A stretch of 64,000 nucleotides of DNA from positions 4,681-68,680 of the forward strand of contig CAZUXW010000005.1 in assembly GCA_964624625.1 (NCBI GenBank), read 5' to 3'. Below are positions 57,135 to 64,000 of this stretch, piece after piece. The notes beneath the pieces are model-generated. The model saw only the letters and a program-made list of their open reading frames with translations, had not been told where the DNA came from and made no database searches. The position numbers and the translations under genes were made by a program. The stretch comes from an uncultured bacterium. Its GTDB lineage: Bacteria; Oederibacteriota; Muellerivitia; Muellerivitales; Muellerivitaceae. Position 1 is the first letter of the stretch, and every line of letters begins with the position of its first letter.

Positions 57135-57923
57135 ATGCAGTCTTTGTACACGGCAGCAACCGGCATGCAAGCTCAGAGCATGAACATTGATACCATTTCC
57201 AACAACCTGGCCAACGTCAGCACCAACGGCTTCAAGAAACAAAGGGTGGACTTCCAGGATTTGTTGTATCTCAACCTGAAACCGGCCGGCACCCCGACTT
57301 CCCCCGAGACGAATGTTCCGGTGGGGATTCAAATCGGCGAAGGCGTCAAGCCGGTCGACACCAAGCGCATCTTCACCCAAGGCACCATTTCCAACACCAA
57401 TAATCCCCTGGACCTGCTCATCGAGGGCGACGACAGTTTCTTTAAGGTTGTCCGGCCCGACGGCGAGATCGTCTATACCAGGGACGGCTCCTTTAACCGG
57501 GACGGCAACGGCAACGTGGTGAACGCGGACGGTTATTTCATGGATCCGCCGGTTCAAATCCCCGCGGACGCCTCGCAGGTGCAAATCACGCTCGACGGGC
57601 GGATCATGGTCACGACTTCCGGCCAAACCCAGCCGGCCCAAGTGGGGCAATTGGAACTGGCCAGGTTCGTGAACACCGCAGGGCTCTCGGCCCTGGGGCA
57701 CAATAATTTCCAGACCACGGCCGCTTCCGGAGACCCCATCGAGGGAACCCCCGGTTCCGTTGGTTTTCCGCAGGTCCAGCAGGGCTCGTTGGAATTGTCC
57801 AACGTGGATGTGGTCACGGAGATGGTCAATATGATCGTCGCCCAACGCTCTTATGAAATGAATTCCAAGGCAGTGACGACGGCGGACCAGATGCTTCAAA
57901 CCGCCGCGCAATTGATCAGGTAA
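57135..57923 (+). CDS. flgG: Flagellar basal-body distal rod protein FlgG
   Basis: MQSLYTAATGMQAQSMNIDTISNNLANVSTNGFK. C-terminal GSLELSNVDVVTEMVNMIVAQRSYE. Confidence 0.9.
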   Translation: MQSLYTAATGMQAQSMNIDTISNNLANVSTNGFKKQRVDFQDLLYLNLKPAGTPTSPETNVPVGIQIGEGVKPVDTKRIFTQGTISNTNNPLDLLIEGDDSFFKVVRPDGEIVYTRDGSFNRDGNGNVVNADGYFMDPPVQIPADASQVQITLDGRIMVTTSGQTQPAQVGQLELARFVNTAGLSALGHNNFQTTAASGDPIEGTPGSVGFPQVQQGSLELSNVDVVTEMVNMIVAQRSYEMNSKAVTTADQMLQTAAQLIR

Positions 57924-57933
57924 CCTAAAGTTA

Positions 57934-58917
57934 GTGAAACGAAAAATTTTTAATTTGGTGATGGCGCTTTTTTGCGGCATGGGTTCCCTGGGGGCCGCCG
58001 CCGAGAATCAAGGGGTTCTGATCCGGCTGCCGGAGAGGGCAACCGTGGTGGGGCCGGAGATTGTCCTGGGACAAGTCGCCGAGGTCATCGGCGACAACAA
58101 GGCGGTGCTGGAAAAGGTCCGCCGCCTGCGTTTGGGAAGCGCGGCGCCTGCCGGCAAAAACCTGAAAGTGACCCTGGGATATATCAAGGTCGCCCTCCGC
58201 CGCGAAGGCTACTCGTTGAAGGATTTTTCGTTTGAGGGCGTGGAAACGTCCGATGTGTTGACCCAGAGCAGGGAATTGGCGACCGGGGACCTGGTTCCGG
58301 AGGTGAAGGACTTCATCGTAAAAGGGTTGAGGGAATCCCCGGAAAACGTGGAAGTGAAGCTGGCGGGGCCCGAGAAAAAAATCCTGCTGCCCGCGGGGGA
58401 TTTAAAAGCGACATTTCGGCCGCCTCTTTCGGGGAAGTACGAGGGGACGCTCCTGCTGACGAGCGAGTTGGAAGTGGACCGCCGGCTGGTGAAGGTGATG
58501 CCCCTGAGGGTCGTGGTGGAGGTTTTTCATCCGGTGGTGGTCGCCCGCCGCAAGGTTGAAAAGGGGGATAAGTTCACCCCGGAAAACGTGGCGCTGGTCC
58601 GGAAACCGAGTTCCGCCTTAATCGCGGGATCGATCAGCCAGTTGGCCAGCGTGATGGGCCGGACGGCCTCCGCCCCCATACCGGCCGGAACGATCCTCCG
58701 GATGACAGAGTTTTATGATCCCCCCATGGTCAAAAGGGGGGCGGTCCTGCAGGCCGTGGTAAGGCGGGGTAATGTGGAGATTTCGGTCCAGGTGAGGGCG
58801 TCGGAAGAGGGAAAGGCCGGAGACACGATCCGGGTTGAGAACACGGACACGCACAAGGTTCTGCGTGGAAAAGTATTGGATGAAAAAACGGTCTTGGTGG
58901 ATCAGGACAAGCCTTAG
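57934..58917 (+). CDS. flgA: Flagellar P-ring assembly chaperone FlgA
   Basis: Signal peptide. C-terminal SAF domain (PAGTILRMTEF...GNVEISVQVRASEEGKAGDTIRVEN). Precedes flgH-flgI. Confidence 0.8.
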   Translation: MKRKIFNLVMALFCGMGSLGAAAENQGVLIRLPERATVVGPEIVLGQVAEVIGDNKAVLEKVRRLRLGSAAPAGKNLKVTLGYIKVALRREGYSLKDFSFEGVETSDVLTQSRELATGDLVPEVKDFIVKGLRESPENVEVKLAGPEKKILLPAGDLKATFRPPLSGKYEGTLLLTSELEVDRRLVKVMPLRVVVEVFHPVVVARRKVEKGDKFTPENVALVRKPSSALIAGSISQLASVMGRTASAPIPAGTILRMTEFYDPPMVKRGAVLQAVVRRGNVEISVQVRASEEGKAGDTIRVENTDTHKVLRGKVLDEKTVLVDQDKP

Positions 58918-58924
58918 TTAAGGG

Positions 58925-59551
58925 ATGGGGGTCGGTATGATGACAAATAAAACGATGATATTTTTCCTGGGTTTGGCGGTTTTCGCTTCCTGCCAAACGC
59001 TGGTGGCGGATTCGCTGTTCCCCGTGGAGGGGTCCAGCTCCATTTACACCGAGAAACGCGCCCGCCGGGTGGGCGACGTCATCACCGTCATGATCCAGGA
59101 AGTAAACCAGGCGACCAACGCCGCCAGCAGCCAGGACCAGAAATCGGGAAGCGTGGTGGTGGGGGCCGGCAACGGCTTTTTAGGGTCCGCCAATTTCCTC
59201 AACAACAACATTAATAATAATATCGGCTTGGGCGGCGGCACCTCCCATCAGGGGCAGGGCACCTCCAGCCGGAGTTCCAAGGTGACGGGCCAAATGACGG
59301 CTAAAATCATATCGGTTCTGCCCAGCGGGAATTATTTGATCGAGGGAAGCCGCTATGTCGAGGTGAACGACGAGAAGCAAACGATCGACGTCACGGGCGA
59401 GATCCGCCCCGACGATATTTCCAGCGATAATACGGTCCTTTCCACCAGGGTGGCCAACGCGAGGATCAAGTTCACGGGAACCGGGCCTGCGTCGGAAACG
59501 GCGAAACCGGGCCTTTTGACAAGGGTCATGAGCTGGCTGGGTCTCTTCTAA
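58925..59551 (+). CDS. flgH: Flagellar L-ring protein FlgH
   Basis: Lipoprotein-like signal with Cys (LAVFASCQ). SLFPVEGSSSIYTEKRARRVGDVITVMIQE hallmark. Confidence 0.85.
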   Translation: MGVGMMTNKTMIFFLGLAVFASCQTLVADSLFPVEGSSSIYTEKRARRVGDVITVMIQEVNQATNAASSQDQKSGSVVVGAGNGFLGSANFLNNNINNNIGLGGGTSHQGQGTSSRSSKVTGQMTAKIISVLPSGNYLIEGSRYVEVNDEKQTIDVTGEIRPDDISSDNTVLSTRVANARIKFTGTGPASETAKPGLLTRVMSWLGLF

Positions 59552-59568
59552 AAAAGACGGGGGTTTGA

Positions 59569-60687
59569 ATGATGATGAAAAACAATAAGATGAAATGGAT
59601 GGCCGCCCTTTTCTTTCTCCTGGCCGCTGGATCTTCGGACGCCGCCCAAGTCCGCCTGAAAACCATCGCGAAAGTGAAGGGGGTCCGTGAAAACCAATTG
59701 ATCGGATACGGCCTGGTGGTGGGACTTCAGAGAACCGGGGATACCCAGAGGGTCGTTTCGACGCTGCAAAGCATCACCAATATGCTGTCCCAATTCGGCA
59801 TCGCCATCAGCCCCGCCCAGATCCGGACCCAAAATGTGGGCGCGGTCATGGTGACCGCCCAACTTCCGGCGTTATTGAAGTCCGGCGATAAAATCGACGT
59901 GACCGTCTCTTCCATCGGCGACGCCCGCAGCCTTCAAGGCGGAACCCTCCTGATGACCCCGCTCCAAGGCCCTGATGGCCAGGTTTACGCCGTGGCCCAA
60001 GGCCCCCTGGCGGTCGGCGGCTTCAGCGATAACTCCGGCGAGTTTCCCCTTATTCAAGTCAACCACACGACCGCTGGCCGCGTTCCCAATGGGGCCTTGG
60101 TCGAAAGGGAAGTGCCCTCCACTTTCGTGGACAACGACAATATTTCCATCCTTTTGAACAAACCCGATTTTGGCCAGGCCTCCATGGCAGCCCAGGCCTT
60201 GAACCAGCAATTCGGCGAGCCGGTGGCCAAGGCGGTGGATGGAGGACAAATCGACGTGAAGATACCCCATAACTACCGGGATAATGTCGTTGAATTTGTC
60301 GCCGCGGTGGAAGACACGGCCGTGATGACGGACGCCCCTTCCAACCGCGTGGTGATCAACGAAAGGACCGGAACGGTGGTCATGGGCCAGGATGTCCGGA
60401 TTGACGGACTGGCGATCGCCCACGGTAACCTTAGGCTGGTCATCAAAAAAACGACCCAAGTCAGCCATGACGCGGTCTTCGGCCATGACGAGCTGACCCA
60501 CTCCACGACGGTTTCGGTGGATGACTCGGGCAAAAAGGGAAACTTGGTGGTCCTGCCTGAGGGCGCCACCTTGGTGGACGTGGTGGAGGCGATCAACGCG
60601 GTGGGAGCCACTCCCCGGGATTTGATCTCCATCCTCCAGGCCATCAAAGAAGAAGGCGCCTTGCACGCTGAGCTGGACATTATTTAA
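59569..60687 (+). CDS. flgI: Flagellar P-ring protein FlgI
   Basis: Signal peptide. RLKTIAKVKGVRENQLIGYGLVVGLQRTGD. Confidence 0.9.
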   Translation: MMMKNNKMKWMAALFFLLAAGSSDAAQVRLKTIAKVKGVRENQLIGYGLVVGLQRTGDTQRVVSTLQSITNMLSQFGIAISPAQIRTQNVGAVMVTAQLPALLKSGDKIDVTVSSIGDARSLQGGTLLMTPLQGPDGQVYAVAQGPLAVGGFSDNSGEFPLIQVNHTTAGRVPNGALVEREVPSTFVDNDNISILLNKPDFGQASMAAQALNQQFGEPVAKAVDGGQIDVKIPHNYRDNVVEFVAAVEDTAVMTDAPSNRVVINERTGTVVMGQDVRIDGLAIAHGNLRLVIKKTTQVSHDAVFGHDELTHSTTVSVDDSGKKGNLVVLPEGATLVDVVEAINAVGATPRDLISILQAIKEEGALHAELDII

Positions 60688-60700
60688 CCAGGACGAATTC

Positions 60701-61162
60701 ATGAGCATGCCCCTTCAACCCATTTCCATGATGCCCCTCCCTCAATCGATTGAGTCGAAGGGCTTTTCCGCGGCATCGCTTCAACAAGCGTTGGCCTTGG
60801 AGGGTTCTTTAGGATCCCAGGCGGCTGGTCAGGCGATGGGCGGGTCGAATGCCCTTCTCCCCTTGGATAAGTCTTCCCTGCTCAATCCCTTGAGCGGCCC
60901 GGCCCAGCACACGGACGCCCAGTTGAGGGAAGTTTCCAAGAATTTTGAGTCCATCTTCATGCGGATGCTCTTTAAGGAAATGCGCAATACCGTTGAAAAA
61001 TCCAACGCCTTGGGCAACTCCCGCTCCATGGAATTTTTCGAGAATATGAGGGACGAGCAGTTATCCGACAGCCTCGCTTCCGCTGGCGGCATCGGCATCG
61101 GCAAAATGATTTACCAGAAATTAAAGGAGACGACTTTACCCCACCAGAAAATGTTTAAATGA
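60701..61162 (+). CDS. flgJ: FlgJ-like rod-binding domain protein (no muramidase domain)
   Basis: REVSKNFESIFMRMLFKEMRNT...GGIGIGKMIYQKL matches the Rod-binding (PF10135-like) pattern. Only 153 aa. Confidence 0.6.
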   Translation: MSMPLQPISMMPLPQSIESKGFSAASLQQALALEGSLGSQAAGQAMGGSNALLPLDKSSLLNPLSGPAQHTDAQLREVSKNFESIFMRMLFKEMRNTVEKSNALGNSRSMEFFENMRDEQLSDSLASAGGIGIGKMIYQKLKETTLPHQKMFK

Positions 61163-61581
61163 AGCTGGCCAATTGTTCCCGCTGCAATAGGGTTTACACG
61201 TCCGTTCCCGGGGGCAGGGACATCTGCCAATCCTGCATGAGGGAAGAGGACGATAACTACCGCAAAATCTTCAACTTTCTCTCGACCCGCCCCGCCGCCA
61301 CAGCCCAAGAAATCGCCCAAGCCACCGACATCGACGTTAAGGACATCTACCGTTATGTCCGCGAGAACCGTTTGAGGCTGGTCCAGGGTGATACGGGCCT
61401 GACTTGCGAAGGATGCGGGATACCCATAGCCCAGGGCAAGATTTGCGATAAATGCCGGCAAAAGCTATCGGAAGACCTCAAAAATGACATAGATAAATCC
61501 CGGCCCCTCAAGCCACAGAACCCCTCGGGCCGGCGTGAGGAGCCCCCAGACCCCAAGTATTTGAAGGATCGACGGGGCTAG
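61159..61581 (+). CDS. Flagellar operon zinc-ribbon protein, YvyF family (TIGR03826-like)
   Basis: MKLANCSRCNRVYTS...CQSCMREEDDNYRKIFNFL with a second CxxC pair (CEGCG...CDKC). Position immediately upstream of flgM as in Bacillus. Confidence 0.55.
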   Translation: MKLANCSRCNRVYTSVPGGRDICQSCMREEDDNYRKIFNFLSTRPAATAQEIAQATDIDVKDIYRYVRENRLRLVQGDTGLTCEGCGIPIAQGKICDKCRQKLSEDLKNDIDKSRPLKPQNPSGRREEPPDPKYLKDRRG

Positions 61582-61767
61582 TCTCATTTCTCTGAAAACC
61601 CTATTAAATAAGCCTTTTTAGCGGTGAATTGACCCAAAACCCCATTTTTATTGGCTTTTTCACCCCTTCTTACCCTCCGGGGGCCTTTTCGACCCCCTCC
61701 CATGGATTTTCCTCAAGTTTTCTTGAGCCTGGCCGTTAGGTTTTATAGAAAACCAAAGGAGTTTGTT

Positions 61768-62061
61768 ATGCGCATCGATGGATTCCAAAATATTCCCGCC
61801 GTGCTTCAATCGTTCAAGGTTGATAAATCCCTCTCGTCGAATTCCGAAAACGAATCATCCTCGTCATCCTCGTCCGTTTCCCTCAGCGCCTTTGGCGAAG
61901 TTTTGCAATCCCTGCAAAGGGAATCGGCCCAAACGGCCAAGCTTCGAAGCGCCAAGGTGGATCAATTGGCGAAAGAAGCGCAGTCCGGGGATCTGGATGT
62001 GGACATGGTGAAGCTGGCGACCAGCCTCATCAACCTGCAGGTTATCGATACCAAAGGATAA
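61768..62061 (+). CDS. flgM: Anti-sigma-28 factor FlgM
   Basis: 98 aa. C-terminal RSAKVDQLAKEAQSGDLDVDMVKLATSLINL is the FlgM sigma-28-binding helix pattern. AAAGGAG RBS. Confidence 0.7.
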   Translation: MRIDGFQNIPAVLQSFKVDKSLSSNSENESSSSSSSVSLSAFGEVLQSLQRESAQTAKLRSAKVDQLAKEAQSGDLDVDMVKLATSLINLQVIDTKG

Positions 62062-62064
62062 GCC

Positions 62065-62550
62065 GTGATCGAATTTTTCCAATCCCTTATCACTTGCTTG
62101 AATGAAGAGGCGGGGCGTTACCGCCACTTGAAGACTTTGGCGGAAAAACAAAAGGAACTTCTGGTGGCGGGGAAGACCGATGTGCTTCCGGAAAACGTCA
62201 GGCTGGAAGAAAAAGAAGTTTTTGCCCTGGGTCCGATCATCGCCCAAAGGAATGAATGGCTGGGAAAGCTGGCCAAGGGCTACGGCTTGAAGACCTTAAG
62301 CTTGAACGAGGCCCTCAAGCGGGCTCCCGTGGAAATCATCGAGGAGTTGAAAAAGTCGATGATTGAGTTGATCCAATCAGCCAAGGCTTTGGAAGAAACC
62401 AACCAGAGCAACGAGAAATTATTGCAAAACGCCCTGGCTTACGTGAACTTCACCTTGAAGGTCATCGCCAACGGCGGAAAAAAACAGGCTTTCGCGCCCT
62501 CGGTCAAAACGGAAGAGAGCAGTTCTTCTTTCGTTAACCGAATCGTTTGA
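62065..62550 (+). CDS. flgN: Flagellar export chaperone FlgN
   Basis: 161-aa helical protein between flgM and flgK. LITCLNEEAGRYRHLKTLAEKQKELLVAG matches the FlgN pattern. Confidence 0.55.
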   Translation: MIEFFQSLITCLNEEAGRYRHLKTLAEKQKELLVAGKTDVLPENVRLEEKEVFALGPIIAQRNEWLGKLAKGYGLKTLSLNEALKRAPVEIIEELKKSMIELIQSAKALEETNQSNEKLLQNALAYVNFTLKVIANGGKKQAFAPSVKTEESSSSFVNRIV

Positions 62551-62560
62551 GGAGGCATAC

Positions 62561-64000
62561 ATGTTAAACAGTTTTTTAAGCATGGAAACAGTCACCCGGG
62601 GATTGTTCATACAACAACTGAATCAGGATGTCCTTGCCTCAAATTTGGCCAAAACCTATCAAGATTCCAACGGTTATTTAATCAACAGCCGTCAGCGGTT
62701 GGATGTCGTGGAAGGCTCCCCCCTGCTTTTTGGAAGTGGAGCTGCCGGAATGTTGAATGTGGGAACAGGCCCCCTGGTCCAACAAATCACCCGCCTGCGT
62801 AATTCCTTTTTGGACTCCCAAATCCAACAAGCGAGCACGGTGGTTGGCAAGGCGGAGATCATAAACAGCGTTTTGAGCCAAGTGAACAATATCTTAAATG
62901 GTTCTGCCGGAACCTTGGACGCGGCCGTCACCACCCTGGCCAACGCCTTCACGGCCTTGTCCGCAAGTCCAACCAGTGTCGCCTTGCGGTCAACCGTCGT
63001 GAATGACGGCATCGCGTTTGCCGATCTGGCCCGCAATCAGTACAACCAAATTCAAAATCTTCAAACGAATCTGAATGGGCAAGTCAATGGGACAGTCAGC
63101 CAAATTAACGCGATCCTTCAGCAGTTGGCCTCGGTGAACAACCAGTTGTTGGGCTCCTCGGGAGGCAACCAGAATGATCTGCTCGATGCCAGGGACTACG
63201 CTTTGGATCGGCTCGGACGGCTCATCAATATCCAAGCCAACTTTGGAACAGCTGGAACGGTCAACGTCTTTTTGGGCAACAGCAGCATCTCCCTCGTGGA
63301 TGGGTCGGGCGCTTCCATTCTCCAGGCGAACGACATGAATCCTCACAACCCAGGCTTGTCCAACATCACCATACAATCATCCCAAGGGACTTTAACCTTG
63401 CCGGACGCGACGAATTGGATTACAGGCGGAAATTTAGGAGGGGAGCTTCAGGCCCGGGACGTCGTGTTGGAATCCTATAAGGACCAGGTGGATCAGATCG
63501 CCACCTCGGTCATGAATATCACCAATATTTTGCATGAGGCGGGCTACGCGGCGGATGGGGTGACGACGGGTACGGCATTCTTTACGGGTACGGGAGCCCA
63601 GGACATCAACGTGAACGCATCCTTGGTGGTGGATGCCACCCGGAAATTACTGGCGACATCAAGCACGCCTTTTATCGTTCCGGCGGCGGGGGACGGCATG
63701 GTCGCCCAATTCCTTGGCGATCTCCCTAAGCTGTTGGCCAATAATTACATTGCCAGCCAACCGTCGATCGGCGCCGGAATTGATCCAACCAAGGCCCTCA
63801 ATACCCAACCCATCGCCTTGGCGCCGACACCGGGACCAAGTTCCTTTACGGTCAATGGACAAACGATCAATTACGACCCGGCGGTGGATTCCATCGACAG
63901 CATTATCACCCAAATTCACACCAAGGTTCCCAATGTGGACGCGGTTTTTGACGCCACGACCCAAGCTTTTTATATGCTTTCAAATAATCCCATCGCCATC
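62561..64000 (+). CDS. flgK: Flagellar hook-associated protein 1 FlgK (3' end truncated by window end)
   Basis: GAGGAGG RBS then ATG at 62561. The frame is open to the window end (not in the ORF track, no stop). NDLLDARDYALDRLGRLINI and GGNLGGELQARDVVLESYKDQVDQ are FlgK hallmarks. Confidence 0.8.
   Translation, partial: MLNSFLSMETVTRGLFIQQLNQDVLASNLAKTYQDSNGYLINSRQRLDVVEGSPLLFGSGAAGMLNVGTGPLVQQITRLRNSFLDSQIQQASTVVGKAEIINSVLSQVNNILNGSAGTLDAAVTTLANAFTALSASPTSVALRSTVVNDGIAFADLARNQYNQIQNLQTNLNGQVNGTVSQINAILQQLASVNNQLLGSSGGNQNDLLDARDYALDRLGRLINIQANFGTAGTVNVFLGNSSISLVDGSGASILQANDMNPHNPGLSNITIQSSQGTLTLPDATNWITGGNLGGELQARDVVLESYKDQVDQIATSVMNITNILHEAGYAADGVTTGTAFFTGTGAQDINVNASLVVDATRKLLATSSTPFIVPAAGDGMVAQFLGDLPKLLANNYIASQPSIGAGIDPTKALNTQPIALAPTPGPSSFTVNGQTINYDPAVDSIDSIITQIHTKVPNVDAVFDATTQAFYMLSNNPIAI

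Noticed and set aside
1-64000. Mobile elements, CRISPR arrays, tRNA/rRNA genes, toxin-antitoxin or defence islands
   Set aside because: No direct-repeat arrays, no transposase/integrase/recombinase-like ORFs, no tRNA-like cloverleaf segments and no long non-coding GC-skewed blocks were seen. The accessory character is limited to the secreted glycoside hydrolase block.

Overview
Single-replicon bacterial window of moderately high GC (looks ~55-60%), almost entirely + strand coding. No rRNA, tRNA, CRISPR array, transposase or integrase was recognised. There are three blocks.

(1) 1-17.2 kb is an accessory-looking secreted-enzyme region. It holds a GH9 endoglucanase, a GH18 chitinase-like protein and a GH116/GBA2-like hydrolase. 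Two of these carry enormous Pro/Thr/Ser linkers (~350-420 aa) and end in the same ~90-aa C-terminal beta-sandwich domain, which resembles the FlgD-Ig / type-A T9SS sorting domain. The block also has a DUF1800/DUF1501 (Tat) pair, a CIA30-like domain shared by two proteins, a Gfo/Idh/MocA oxidoreductase and an HExxH protein.

(2) 17.4-25.6 kb is housekeeping: two thioredoxins, secD-secF, yggS-proC-yggT-yggU, PNP/MTAP-mtnA, a hotdog thioesterase, and an unannotated 34-aa very basic peptide gene.

(3) 25.6-64 kb starts with a membrane GAF-GGDEF diguanylate cyclase and a small MerR-like regulator with paired TGTCAT/ATGACA palindromes. A ~36 kb co-directional flagellar super-operon follows: flgB flgC fliE fliF fliG fliH fliI fliJ motA motB fliL fliM fliY/N fliO fliP fliQ fliR flhB flhA flhF flhG, a hypothetical gene, fliA, fapA, two hypotheticals, a fliK-like gene, an flhB-C-like gene, [two OMP genes], flgF flgG flgA flgH flgI flgJ-like yvyF flgM flgN and flgK (3' end truncated by the window).

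The most unusual feature is the pair of PorV/PorQ-like outer-membrane beta-barrel genes embedded in the flagellar operon between the FlhB-C-like gene and flgF. One is fused to a FlgD-Ig-like domain, the other to two FN3 domains. Together with the T9SS-type C-terminal domains on the glycoside hydrolases this points to an FCB-group / candidate-phylum-like organism with both flagella and a T9SS-like system. The barrels may be novel flagellar outer-membrane components. All calls rest on reading motifs by eye; no database search was possible.
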